Assembly: GCA_043744895.1 (NCBI GenBank)
Contig: JAYTTT010000112.1
Location: 3,381 to 67,380, forward strand
DNA: 64,000 bases
Reading direction: 5' to 3'
Source: Gemmatimonadota bacterium
GTDB lineage: Bacteria; Gemmatimonadota; Gemmatimonadetes; Gemmatimonadales; GWC2-71-9
In this document: positions 39,359-48,117 of the stretch, piece after piece
Numbering within the stretch: position 1 is the stretch's first letter
Layout: each line of letters begins with the position of its first letter
The notes under the pieces: model-generated
Seen by the model: the letters and a program-made list of their open reading frames with translations, nothing else
Databases searched by the model: none
What the model was told of the DNA's origin: nothing
Made by a program: the position numbers and the translations under genes

Positions 39359-39555
39359 ATCCTCTGGCTGGTCGCCGAGGGGAAGAAACACGTCATCTTT
39401 GTGGATCCCAAGGGCATTCGAACCTTGGGGCGAAGGACCCCCAGATCCAGTTTCACGAGACGATCAAGGAGGTCGAGCAGCGCCTCGGTGACGCGTCCAT
39501 CCAATCAAATATCCGGTCGCACACTATGGGGAAGCTTTGGGGCATCGGAAGGATG
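39359..39555 (+). pseudogene. Remnant resembling the C-terminal PD-(D/E)xK region of a type III restriction/helicase protein
   Basis: ILWLVAEGKKHVIFVDPKGIR, frameshift, NLGAKDPQIQFHETIKEVEQRLGD; no start codon; family resemblance recalled from memory. Confidence 0.45.
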
Positions 39556-39707
39556 AGATGGAGAGGAGGCCCATCTCGCAGGGCGCCCCGTGACAAACCG
39601 TCAGGCCTGATGCCCGGGGGGCCCCTGGGCGGTATCGATTCGGCGAAACCTCATACGTCGGATAGATTGTAACCACAGCAGCCAGGGTCTATCCCCGGGA
39701 GCCACCA

Positions 39708-42143
39708 ATGTTAGACGTCCGTTACGCCCTCCGAAGCCTCACCCGCGCCCGCGGCTTCACCGCCGCCGTCGTCCTGACTTTAGGCCTCGGCATCGGCGCC
39801 AACACCGCCATCTTCAGCGTGGTCCGCGGCGTCTTGCTCAAGCCGCTCCCCCACCGCGACGGCGGCCGATTGGTCTTCCTCCGCCAGTCCACCGCTGGCG
39901 CTGGCGGTGAGAACATCGCCTTTTCGGTCCCTGAGATCGACGACTTCCGCACCGCCTCGAAGTCCCTGGCCGGCATCGCTGAATACTCCCCGCTCACCTT
40001 CACCGTGGTGGAGAAGGGCGAAGCGGTCCGAATCGATGTCGGCCTGGTGACCGGGAACTACTTCTCGGTGATGGGCCTCTCGCCGGTGATCGGCCGCGCC
40101 TTCGCCGCCGGCGACGACGGGCCCGGCGCCGCCCCCGTGATGATGCTAACCCATGACTACTGGATCCGGCGCTTCGGCGGTGACAGCGGAATCGTCGGCA
40201 AGTCGCTTCACGTGGGCGGGAAGGCGGTCCCGGTGGTGGGCGTGCTCCAGGCCGCGCCGGCGTTCCCGCAGCGGATGGATGCCCTCATGAACATGGTGAA
40301 CAGCGAGCACCACGTGTCCGCCATGATGGTGACCGGCCGGACCCACCGGATGACCCAGATGATTGCCCGCCTGAGCCCTACCGCCACCGTCGAGCAGGCG
40401 CGCGGCGAGGTCAAGGACATCGTCACCCGGGTCCACGCCGACCATCCCGAGGCCTACGACGCGGGTTCCGGATACCAGGTCACCCTCACGCCCTTCCAGG
40501 AAGTCCTTGGCCAGAAGGCCAAGCTGACCCTCTGGCTCCTGATGGGCGCCGCGGCCTTCGTCCTGATCATCGCGTGCGCCAACGTCACCAACCTGACGCT
40601 GATCCGGGGGGTCCGGCGCGAGCATGAGCTGGTGGTCCGCGCCGCCCTCGGCGCCGGCACCACCCGCCTCCGCCAACTGCTGCTGACCGAGAATCTGATC
40701 CTGGCGCTGGCGGGCGGTGCGTTAGGCCTGGTGATCGCCTTTGGGGGCCTTGGCGCTCTGGTGGCCTTCACCCAGCGGATGAGCCCCCGGGCCGGCGAGA
40801 TCCAAGTCGACGGCGTCGTCCTTGGGTTCACCCTGGGGCTCACCCTCGTGGTGGCCGTGCTGCTCTCGTACGCGCCCAAGCTCTCCCGCGAGGATGCCTT
40901 GAGCGCCACGCTCGCCGCGGGCGGCAGACGGACCACCGGCGGCGTTAGGCGTCAGCGGCTCCAGCAGACCCTGGTCGTGGCTCAGATCGCGGTGTCGGTG
41001 GTGCTCCTGACCGGGGCCGGCCTGCTGACCCGCACGATGCAGCGGCTCGCGGTCGTCGGCACCGGCCTGACCGGCGGCAATGTCCTGACCCTTGAGGTGC
41101 CCGCGGACTACAATCGGCCGCGGGCCGACAATGTCGCGCTCTACGAACGGATCCAGGCCCAGGTCGCTTCCCTGCCCGGGGTGACCGCCGTGGGACTCGG
41201 CTCCACCGTCCCGCTCCGCTCCGAGCAGTTTGCCTTGGACGTCAAGGCCGAGGGCCGGGCCGTGACGCCGGGCGAGCCGATGCCGCACGCCGAGGGCCGG
41301 ACCGCAAGCCCGGAATACTTCCGGACCGCGGGCATTCCTCTGCTCAAGGGTAGGGAATTCACCACCACCGACCGGACTGGGAGCGCGCTGGTGGTCATCA
41401 TCAACCAAACCCTCGCCAACCGGCTCTTTCCCGGCGTCGATCCGATCGGCCGCCGGGTGGCCTGGACCGGGGAGGTGCTCAAGTTCATTGGGATCTCGGG
41501 AGACTGGCGCACCGTGGTCGGCGTGGTTGGCGATACCAAGGACGGCGGGCTCGACGCCGGGCCGGTTCCGGTGCTCTTCGGGCCCTTTGCCCAGTCCGAC
41601 GTGTTCAGCAGCAGTCTGGTGATCAAGACCGCGACCGACCCAGCCACGCTGGTGGGCCCGGCCACCAGGGCCGTGCGGGCCGCCGCCCCGGAGCAGCCCG
41701 TCGAGAAGGTCCTCACCCTCGATCAGATTCGCGACGAGAGCGTGGCGCCGAGGCGGCTGAACGCGCTGCTGGTGGCGGCGTTCGGACTCCTCGCCGTCCT
41801 GATCGCTGCCGTCGGAATTGCCGGGGTGTTGGCGTTCTCGGTCAGCGCCCGGACCAACGAGATCGGGATCCGGATGACGTTAGGCGCCGATGCCTCGAAG
41901 GTCCAGCGGATGATCTTGGGCGAGGGCGGCGTGTTGCTGGGCCTCGGACTGGTCCTCGGCGTGGGCGGGGCGGTGCTCTTGTCGGGGCTGATCCGCGGCT
42001 TGCTCTTCAACGTGGCGCCGAACGATCCGGTGACCCTCGCGGTGGTGGCGGTGGTGATGGCGGCCGTCGGGATCGCCGCCTGCTGGATTCCGGCGGCCCG
42101 GGCCGCTCGGATCGACCCCGGGATCGCGATCCGGGCCCAATAG
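39708..42143 (+). CDS. ADOP/MacB-like duplicated ABC permease
   Basis: DVRYALRSL...GFTAAVVLTLGLGIGANTAIFSVV, LIIACANV.NL, LVVAQIAVSVVLL.GAGL, RTNEIGIRM.LGA, PAARAARIDP. Confidence 0.92.
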   Translation: MLDVRYALRSLTRARGFTAAVVLTLGLGIGANTAIFSVVRGVLLKPLPHRDGGRLVFLRQSTAGAGGENIAFSVPEIDDFRTASKSLAGIAEYSPLTFTVVEKGEAVRIDVGLVTGNYFSVMGLSPVIGRAFAAGDDGPGAAPVMMLTHDYWIRRFGGDSGIVGKSLHVGGKAVPVVGVLQAAPAFPQRMDALMNMVNSEHHVSAMMVTGRTHRMTQMIARLSPTATVEQARGEVKDIVTRVHADHPEAYDAGSGYQVTLTPFQEVLGQKAKLTLWLLMGAAAFVLIIACANVTNLTLIRGVRREHELVVRAALGAGTTRLRQLLLTENLILALAGGALGLVIAFGGLGALVAFTQRMSPRAGEIQVDGVVLGFTLGLTLVVAVLLSYAPKLSREDALSATLAAGGRRTTGGVRRQRLQQTLVVAQIAVSVVLLTGAGLLTRTMQRLAVVGTGLTGGNVLTLEVPADYNRPRADNVALYERIQAQVASLPGVTAVGLGSTVPLRSEQFALDVKAEGRAVTPGEPMPHAEGRTASPEYFRTAGIPLLKGREFTTTDRTGSALVVIINQTLANRLFPGVDPIGRRVAWTGEVLKFIGISGDWRTVVGVVGDTKDGGLDAGPVPVLFGPFAQSDVFSSSLVIKTATDPATLVGPATRAVRAAAPEQPVEKVLTLDQIRDESVAPRRLNALLVAAFGLLAVLIAAVGIAGVLAFSVSARTNEIGIRMTLGADASKVQRMILGEGGVLLGLGLVLGVGGAVLLSGLIRGLLFNVAPNDPVTLAVVAVVMAAVGIAACWIPAARAARIDPGIAIRAQ

Positions 42144-42157
42144 CGGAGGAGGCCGAG

Positions 42158-42322
42158 ATGCCCGTCGTGAGAATTGAACACGCGGTCCCGCACTTCGAGA
42201 AATGGAAAGAGGCGTTCGACCGCGATCCCGCCGACCGAAAGGGTTCCGGGGTTTCGGGCAAAGCAGTCATGCTGAACCCCCGCGGGCGGATTGCCGAGGT
42301 CGTCGAGGCCAGGGCTCTGTGA
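42158..42322 (+). CDS. Small hypothetical protein (54 aa), possibly internally deleted
   Basis: GGAGG RBS; MPVVRIEHAVPHFEKWKEAFDRDPADRKGSGV-SGKAVMLNPRGRIAEVVEARAL; GTGA overlap with the next gene; absent from the ORF track. Confidence 0.6.
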   Translation: MPVVRIEHAVPHFEKWKEAFDRDPADRKGSGVSGKAVMLNPRGRIAEVVEARAL

Positions 42323-42948
42323 GCAAGGATGCTCCGTTTCGGCCCCTCCTCCTTGCCGGGTTCGTCGCCGTCGTGCTGATCATGGTCCGCCACCGAATCG
42401 CCGCCGCCTCGGGCGAGAAACTCGACCGCCGCCAGGAAGGCCTCTTTGTCCTCGTCACCCTGCGCCCGATCGGGGGCCTGTTCTGGCTTGCCGTCATCGG
42501 GTACCTGATCAACCCCGCCTCGATGGCTTGGTCGTCGCTGGCCCTTCCCCCGGGGCTGCGGTGGACCGGCGTCGGGATCTTCGCGATGGCCGTCGCCCTG
42601 CTTGCCTGGATGTTGCCGAGCCTCGGGACGAACCTGACCGATACCGTGGTCACCCGAATAACCCACACGCTGGTCACTCACGGGCCGTATCGTTGGGTCC
42701 GGCATCCGTTTTACGACGCGATGACGTTGCTGATCCTGGCCAGTTCTCTGATGGCGGCGAACTGGTTTTTCTTCGTCACCGGCAGCCTGGTCGTGCTCCT
42801 GATCGTGATCCGAACTCGCACCGAAGAAGCCCACCTGGTGGCCCGGTTTGGGGACGCTTATCGGAACTATTCCATGAGGACCGGACGTTTCCTGCCCAAG
42901 TGGAGCTCCGCACCGCCATCGTCCAGCCGCCCTGGACCTGCGACCTAA
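42319..42948 (+). CDS. Isoprenylcysteine carboxyl methyltransferase (ICMT/PEMT) family membrane protein
   Basis: LGTNL, HTLVTHGPYRWVRHPFY, EEAHLVARFGDAYRNY..RTGRFLP. Confidence 0.85.
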   Translation: MSKDAPFRPLLLAGFVAVVLIMVRHRIAAASGEKLDRRQEGLFVLVTLRPIGGLFWLAVIGYLINPASMAWSSLALPPGLRWTGVGIFAMAVALLAWMLPSLGTNLTDTVVTRITHTLVTHGPYRWVRHPFYDAMTLLILASSLMAANWFFFVTGSLVVLLIVIRTRTEEAHLVARFGDAYRNYSMRTGRFLPKWSSAPPSSSRPGPAT

Positions 42949-42961
42949 TCCGAGCGATTGG

Positions 42962-43240
42962 CTAGTGGCGCGGTTCGTGAAGCTGGACGGGTAGCACCCG
43001 GCGAATGGCAGCGAAATCGGCGTCAGTAGTGAAAAGGCCCAAGTCGCGGCGCGAAGCCACGGCCCAGAGTAAGAAATTGGTATTCGATCCCTGGATGCCC
43101 TTGGCTCGGCACCGGTTGAACCCGTCCGCGGCTTCTTCAAAGTCGGCGGTCTCGAGCGTAAGATCGGGGAACGCCCGGTGACCGCCGATGCGGAGTGCTT
43201 CGTCGAGCAGTCGATCATCGATCGCAAGGTTGGTTGCCAT
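42962..43240 (-). pseudogene. VapB N-terminus fused in frame to a VapC (PIN) C-terminus
   Basis: MATNLAIDDRLLDEALRIGGHR (VapB-like) joined at ~43175 to AFPDLTLETADFEEAA..FNRCRAKGIQGSNTNFLL..VA.RRDL.LFTTDADF (PIN-like). Confidence 0.7.
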
Positions 43241-43282
43241 GTGTAAAAAGCTACACATCACGGCTCTCGGCAGCAAGTTTCG

Positions 43283-43357
43283 CTGGAGGGTCAGTTGGTA
43301 GAACTTGGCGCGCCGGGTGGGGGACGGTACCCACCTCTCATTGTCGATTGTCAAGAG
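43283..43357 (-). pseudogene. PadR C-terminal fragment with an adjacent PadR-box-like site
   Basis: WVPSPTRRAKFYQLT matches WRITENNRRARFYELT of the intact PadR; TTGTCGATTGTCAAGAG (43341-43357) shares 11/17 with the box at 1645-1661. Confidence 0.5.
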
Positions 43358-43470
43358 AAATATGGAGGGAAGGCGCCGAGTACCCGCCAGGCCAGGACCG
43401 CCACCACGAGCGCGCATCCGGCCGCCGCAATCAGGACCCCGTGGGTCCGGGCCACTCGCCCGGACCCGTC

Positions 43471-44706
43471 ATGGACGGCTTCACGGCGGTCGACGGCGAC
43501 CAGCCGGTGCCGGGCACGACCTACTTCTATCAGGTCGTGGCCGCTTACGAGGTCGACGGGACCACGGGAGCGGCGGCGCCGGTCGAGTTCACGATGCCTG
43601 CCCCCCTGATTGTGGCCCCCCCCGTGGCACGCATCCGGGCGACGGCCGGGGTCACGAGTCCACCTCCGACCCTGGCCCCCGCCGGCGCGGCCAGCCGGAG
43701 CCTGCTCGCCACCCCCACCGCGGTCAGGGGGATCACGGTCACCGGGACCATCGCCTCAGCGACCGTCACCTGGCAGCCGGTCAACGGCGCGGTGAGCTAT
43801 ACCGTCACCCGGTCAACGCCCACCAATCAGCCTCTCGCGCTCTTTCCCGGACTCACGACGACGACATGGACCGATCCGGGGCCACAGTCGCTCGGCTTCA
43901 CCAGCGCCGGCGGGTACGGGTACCAGGTCGCGGCGCTTCTCGGGAATGGAACGACCGTGTCGGGACAAGCCAACTGGACCCGGCCCAATCCTACCTGTGC
44001 GGCCCCGCCGCCAAACACGCCAATGCTGGCCATTCTCACCCCAACGACCTTCCAACCGTCCGGCCCATTCCCGAACGGCGCGGTGCTCACGTGGGCGAAG
44101 CCTTACTATAAAGCCGGGCAAGCCGACGTCGTTGCGTATCTAATGGAGCGCAGCGTGTCGGGAACCAACGCCTGGACGGTTGCGGCGACGTCGTGTGGCG
44201 GGGCAATACCCATCGCCTTAGTCCAAGTCACTCCGACCAATTCCCCCTTACGCTTCATCGATGCCAGCGGCGGCATCGTCCCCAACACCACGTATGACTA
44301 CCGGTTGACGGCGTTCGCCGCGAACGGAGAGACCGGAACCCGGACGACGACCTGGCTCGCGCCGAATCCGCCCCTGCTGCACTGGCTCCCGCCGACGATC
44401 GTGGGCAGTACCGTCACGCTGAACCTGAGGTACGAATCCCCCACCGCCAACGCACCCCCGGTGGCAACAAAACTCCAGTTCACCGGGCCGTCTGGATTGA
44501 ACCAGACCAAGGTCGGACCCGTCTGCGCCGTCCAGTCAGGCTGTTCTGTCACGTTCGCCAGTGTGCCTACCGGGACGCACCCGTTCACGGTGACGGCCCA
44601 ATGGTGGCACGGCATCCCCGCTGGCGGGGGGGTAACTCAGGCGACACTCGCTGGTTCGACGGTGGTCGCGACGACGACCTCCAGCACGACCATCACCGTC
44701 CCGTAG
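43471..44706 (+). CDS. Fibronectin type III-like repeat protein, probably missing its N-terminus
   Basis: PGTTYFYQVVA, ATVTWQPVNGAVSYTVTR, VPNTTYDYRLTA; Thr/Pro-rich; no signal peptide at the available start. Confidence 0.6.
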   Translation: MDGFTAVDGDQPVPGTTYFYQVVAAYEVDGTTGAAAPVEFTMPAPLIVAPPVARIRATAGVTSPPPTLAPAGAASRSLLATPTAVRGITVTGTIASATVTWQPVNGAVSYTVTRSTPTNQPLALFPGLTTTTWTDPGPQSLGFTSAGGYGYQVAALLGNGTTVSGQANWTRPNPTCAAPPPNTPMLAILTPTTFQPSGPFPNGAVLTWAKPYYKAGQADVVAYLMERSVSGTNAWTVAATSCGGAIPIALVQVTPTNSPLRFIDASGGIVPNTTYDYRLTAFAANGETGTRTTTWLAPNPPLLHWLPPTIVGSTVTLNLRYESPTANAPPVATKLQFTGPSGLNQTKVGPVCAVQSGCSVTFASVPTGTHPFTVTAQWWHGIPAGGGVTQATLAGSTVVATTTSSTTITVP

Positions 44707-44824
44707 GCGCCGATCCGGCCCGCGTCGATCTGCGACTCGACCGTTGGCGGTTGAGTGCCCCGGTGCTGATGAAGAGCTGTTTTGACAATGGTGGTCCGGC
44801 CGGGTAGGATCCGCGACCTTACCA

Positions 44825-45739
44825 ATGAAGACACCGATGGTGATTTCCAATGCGTTCCGCCGGATATCTCATGCCCTGGTCCGGTGGTTCGATACCGCCG
44901 CCGTGCCGGCGCCCGCCGGCGGGTCTCCGGCTCCGACCAAGCGGGTGGACTGGGTTCGGGTGGTGCCGTTCATCGCCATGCATGCCATGTGTCTCGGGGT
45001 CTTCTTCGTTGGGTGGCACCCCGGTGCCGTTGCGGTGGCGATCGGGCTCTATCTGGTCCGGATGTTCGCGATCACCGGGTTCTACCATCGCTACTTCTCC
45101 CACCGGACCTTCCGGACCAGCCGTCCGGTCCAGTTCCTGTTCGCGCTGCTGGGGTCGAGTGCCACCCAGCGTGGTCCCCTCTGGTGGGCGGCCCACCACC
45201 GGAAGCATCACCGGTACTCCGATACCGAACTCGACGTCCACTCGCCCCGCCAGCACGGTTTCTGGTGGAGTCACATGGGCTGGATCACCTCGGCGGAGAG
45301 CTTCGCGACCGACCTCCGCGAGGTCCGGGACTTCGCCCGCTATCCGGAGTTGCGGTGGCTCGATCGGTTCGACATCCTGGTGCCGGTTCTTCTCGCCACG
45401 ACGCTCTTCCTGATCGGCGGCATGCCCTATCTGATCTGGGGCTACTTCGTGAGCACCGTGGCGTTGTTCCACGGCACCTCGCTGATCAATTCGCTTGCCC
45501 ACCGACTCGGCAGCCGCCGGTACGAGACCGGTGACGACAGCCGGAACAGCTTGGTCCTCGCGCTAGTCACCCTGGGGGAAGGCTGGCATAACAACCACCA
45601 CAAGTTCCCCGGCGCCGCGAGGCAGGGATTCTTCTGGTGGGAAATCGATATCACCTACTACGGTCTGGTGGTGCTCCAGTGGTTCCGCGTCATTCGGGAT
45701 CTCCGGCCGGTGCCGGCGCGGGTGCTGAACGCGGCCTGA
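44825..45739 (+). CDS. Acyl-CoA (delta-9-like) fatty acid desaturase
   Basis: His boxes YHRYFSHR, HHRKHH, GEGWHNNHH; FWWSHMGW. Confidence 0.92.
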   Translation: MKTPMVISNAFRRISHALVRWFDTAAVPAPAGGSPAPTKRVDWVRVVPFIAMHAMCLGVFFVGWHPGAVAVAIGLYLVRMFAITGFYHRYFSHRTFRTSRPVQFLFALLGSSATQRGPLWWAAHHRKHHRYSDTELDVHSPRQHGFWWSHMGWITSAESFATDLREVRDFARYPELRWLDRFDILVPVLLATTLFLIGGMPYLIWGYFVSTVALFHGTSLINSLAHRLGSRRYETGDDSRNSLVLALVTLGEGWHNNHHKFPGAARQGFFWWEIDITYYGLVVLQWFRVIRDLRPVPARVLNAA

Positions 45740-45766
45740 TCCGCAGACGTCCGTGGCGAGCCGGCC

Positions 45767-45800
45767 CTGTCATTCCCCTGTCACGTGGTTCGGCTATGGT
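45767..45800 (+). promoter_or_regulatory. PhoB/OmpR-type direct-repeat box plus -10 element upstream of the RND operon
   Basis: CTGTCAT-TCCC-CTGTCAC (45767-45784), 10 bp, then TATGGT (45795-45800). Confidence 0.55.
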
Positions 45801-45897
45801 TGTCGGCGAGACGAAGATCGCAACCACCGTGTTGCTTCGACCGGGGATCACGCTTTGGCGACGGTGAGGGCCGACCCGCCCACTGAATAGGGAACGA

Positions 45898-47079
45898 ATG
45901 GTCATCACCTTGCTGGTCGTTGCCCTGTTGCAGGGCCAACCCCCGAGTCAGTTGTCGCTCGACGAAGCCATACACCGGGGCATGGACGTGCGGGGCCGGA
46001 CCGCCGAGGCGCGGGCGTTAGTCGCCGAGGCTCGAGCGGGGCGGCGGCTGGCCGGACAGATTCCCAATCCCAGCTTCTCGTACCAGCACACCGGGGGCAC
46101 TCCTCGGCAACACGTCAGTTTCGACCAGCCGTTTTCGTGGCTGGTGACCCGGGGCGCCGATCGCGCCACGGCCGCGGCCGTGCTCCGCCGGGCCCGGGCC
46201 GATTCGGTGATCCTGATGGCCGGCGTGGCGGCCGAAATCCGTTCGACCTTCTTTGCGACGCTGGGCGCCCGGGAGGCCGAGCGGCTGGCGGTGGAGCAGG
46301 TGAAGGTGATCGATTCCCTCGCGGCGCTGGCCCGCCGGCGATTCGAGGCCGGGGACATCTCCCGGTACGAGTGGGAGCAGGCGGCCCAGGAAGCGCTCCG
46401 GGGCCGGATTCTCGTCTCGTTCGCCCGCGAGGCGACTCGGACCCAGGCAGCCGCCTTTACGCGGGCCACCGGGTCGGTCGATCCAGTGACACCGGCCGCA
46501 AGCCCCCTCGATCGCGGGCTCGACGGGGAACTCGGTCCCGCCTTACCGGTGGATAGCATTCCAGCCCTTGCCGCCGCGGTCGCCGATTCCGCGGCGCTCG
46601 CGTTTGCATCCCAGAGCGCCCGCCGCGCCCGGCTGCCGGTGCCTTCGCTCCAGGCCGGCGCCGATTGGGATGATCCGACGGTGCCGGGAAGACGGTTCAG
46701 CGTGGTCGGGTTCGCGGTACCCCTGCCCCTCTGGAATACCGGCGGCGCCGACGCCGCGCTGGCCCGGGCGCGGGCGGAACGAGGCGCGGCACTCGCCCGG
46801 GAAACTCGGCTCGAGGCGGCCCGGGCCGTGGCGGAAGCCCGAACCCGGCTCGAGGAGACCGCCCGCCGGGCCCGCTTCACCCGGGATTCGTTGGCGCCGG
46901 GTGCGAGCGCGCTGCGGGAGCGGGCGCTGATCGCCTACCGGCTCGGAGAAACTAGCATCCTGAGCGTGCTCGACGCCCTCCGGAGCGAACGCGAAGTCGT
47001 TCAGCAGCAGGTCGAGAGTCTCACGGCGTATCAGGCGGCGCTCGCCGCCTGGTATGCGCTCTTTGGGAGGTCGGAATGA
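45898..47079 (+). CDS. TolC/CzcC-family outer membrane efflux protein
   Basis: LSLDEAI, IPNPS, RRFEAGDIS, VPLPLWN, AYRLGETSILSVLDA. Confidence 0.85.
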   Translation: MVITLLVVALLQGQPPSQLSLDEAIHRGMDVRGRTAEARALVAEARAGRRLAGQIPNPSFSYQHTGGTPRQHVSFDQPFSWLVTRGADRATAAAVLRRARADSVILMAGVAAEIRSTFFATLGAREAERLAVEQVKVIDSLAALARRRFEAGDISRYEWEQAAQEALRGRILVSFAREATRTQAAAFTRATGSVDPVTPAASPLDRGLDGELGPALPVDSIPALAAAVADSAALAFASQSARRARLPVPSLQAGADWDDPTVPGRRFSVVGFAVPLPLWNTGGADAALARARAERGAALARETRLEAARAVAEARTRLEETARRARFTRDSLAPGASALRERALIAYRLGETSILSVLDALRSEREVVQQQVESLTAYQAALAAWYALFGRSE

Positions 47080-48116
47080 ATGGCGCGATCCGCTTCGGCG
47101 GCCTGATCGTCTTGGCCGCCGCCTGCGGCCGGAGAGCGGAGGACGCACCCGTGTCGCCCGACGTCGCGGTGCAGGTCGAGCCGGTCGTCCAGGGAACGGT
47201 GCGCCGGTACGTGACCGGCTACGGCATCGTGGAGTCCGAACCGGCGACCGCGAAACGCCCGGCCGCCGGGGCCGTGATCTCCCCGATTCAACCGGGGGTG
47301 CTCGCGTCAGTCGAGGTGGTCGAAGGCCAGCGGGTCGAGCGGGGCGCGGTGCTGTTTCGTCTCGAGAGCCGGCTGGCCGAAGTGGCGGTGAGGAAGGCGA
47401 AGCAAGAGGTCGAGTTTGCGGACCAGGCCTACCGGCGCCAGCAGGAATTGCTGCAATCGGAAGTGACCTCGCGGCGGGCGGTCCAGGAAGCCAAGCAGCG
47501 GCTCGACGCCGCCGCGGGCGATCTCGCCGCCGCGGAAACCGCGCTGGTCTATCTCCACATCGCGGCTCCGGTCGCCGGCACCGTGCTCCGGCTCACCGCC
47601 CGGGTTGGGCAGTCGGTCGATGCGGCCACGGTCCTGGCGTCGGTGGTCGATCTCAATCGACTGGTCGTGTCGGCCAGTGTGCCGAGCCACGAGGTGGCCG
47701 GCGTAAAGCCGGGTCAGCGCGTTTTTCTCGGCGCCGATACCGCGGCGGCCCGGGGCTCGGTGGTCCTCGTTGGACGCGACATCGATCCGGGCAACGACAC
47801 CTACCGGGTGCTGGTGTCGGTCCCGGCGGGCTTGGGGCTGGCACCGGGCAGCTTCACCGAGATCCGGATTGTCGCCGAGGAGCACCGCAACGTATTCCTG
47901 GTGCCGATCCCGAGCCTGGTCACCACCGCCGGCGAGGGAACCTGGATCATGGTGGTCCGGGGCGACTCGGCGATCAAGGTTCCGGTCACGGCCGGCCTCC
48001 AGGATCGCGGGTTGGTTGAGGTCTCCGGCCCGGGCGTTGCCGAGGGAATCAAGGTCGTGACGGTCGAGGCCTACAGTTTGCCGGGCAACACCAAGATCCG
48101 GGTAGCGGGGCGCTGA
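47076..48116 (+). CDS. RND membrane fusion protein
   Basis: Lipobox LAAAC; V.EGQRVERG.VL, coiled-coil hairpin, I.APVAGTV...G. Confidence 0.88.
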   Translation: MNGAIRFGGLIVLAAACGRRAEDAPVSPDVAVQVEPVVQGTVRRYVTGYGIVESEPATAKRPAAGAVISPIQPGVLASVEVVEGQRVERGAVLFRLESRLAEVAVRKAKQEVEFADQAYRRQQELLQSEVTSRRAVQEAKQRLDAAAGDLAAAETALVYLHIAAPVAGTVLRLTARVGQSVDAATVLASVVDLNRLVVSASVPSHEVAGVKPGQRVFLGADTAAARGSVVLVGRDIDPGNDTYRVLVSVPAGLGLAPGSFTEIRIVAEEHRNVFLVPIPSLVTTAGEGTWIMVVRGDSAIKVPVTAGLQDRGLVEVSGPGVAEGIKVVTVEAYSLPGNTKIRVAGR

Positions 48117-48117
48117 G

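Noticed and set aside
45796..45867. Short ORF MVVGETKIATTV... as a response-regulator remnant
   Set aside because: Only vague resemblance to a receiver N-terminus, and it overlaps the proposed -10; not supportable without a search
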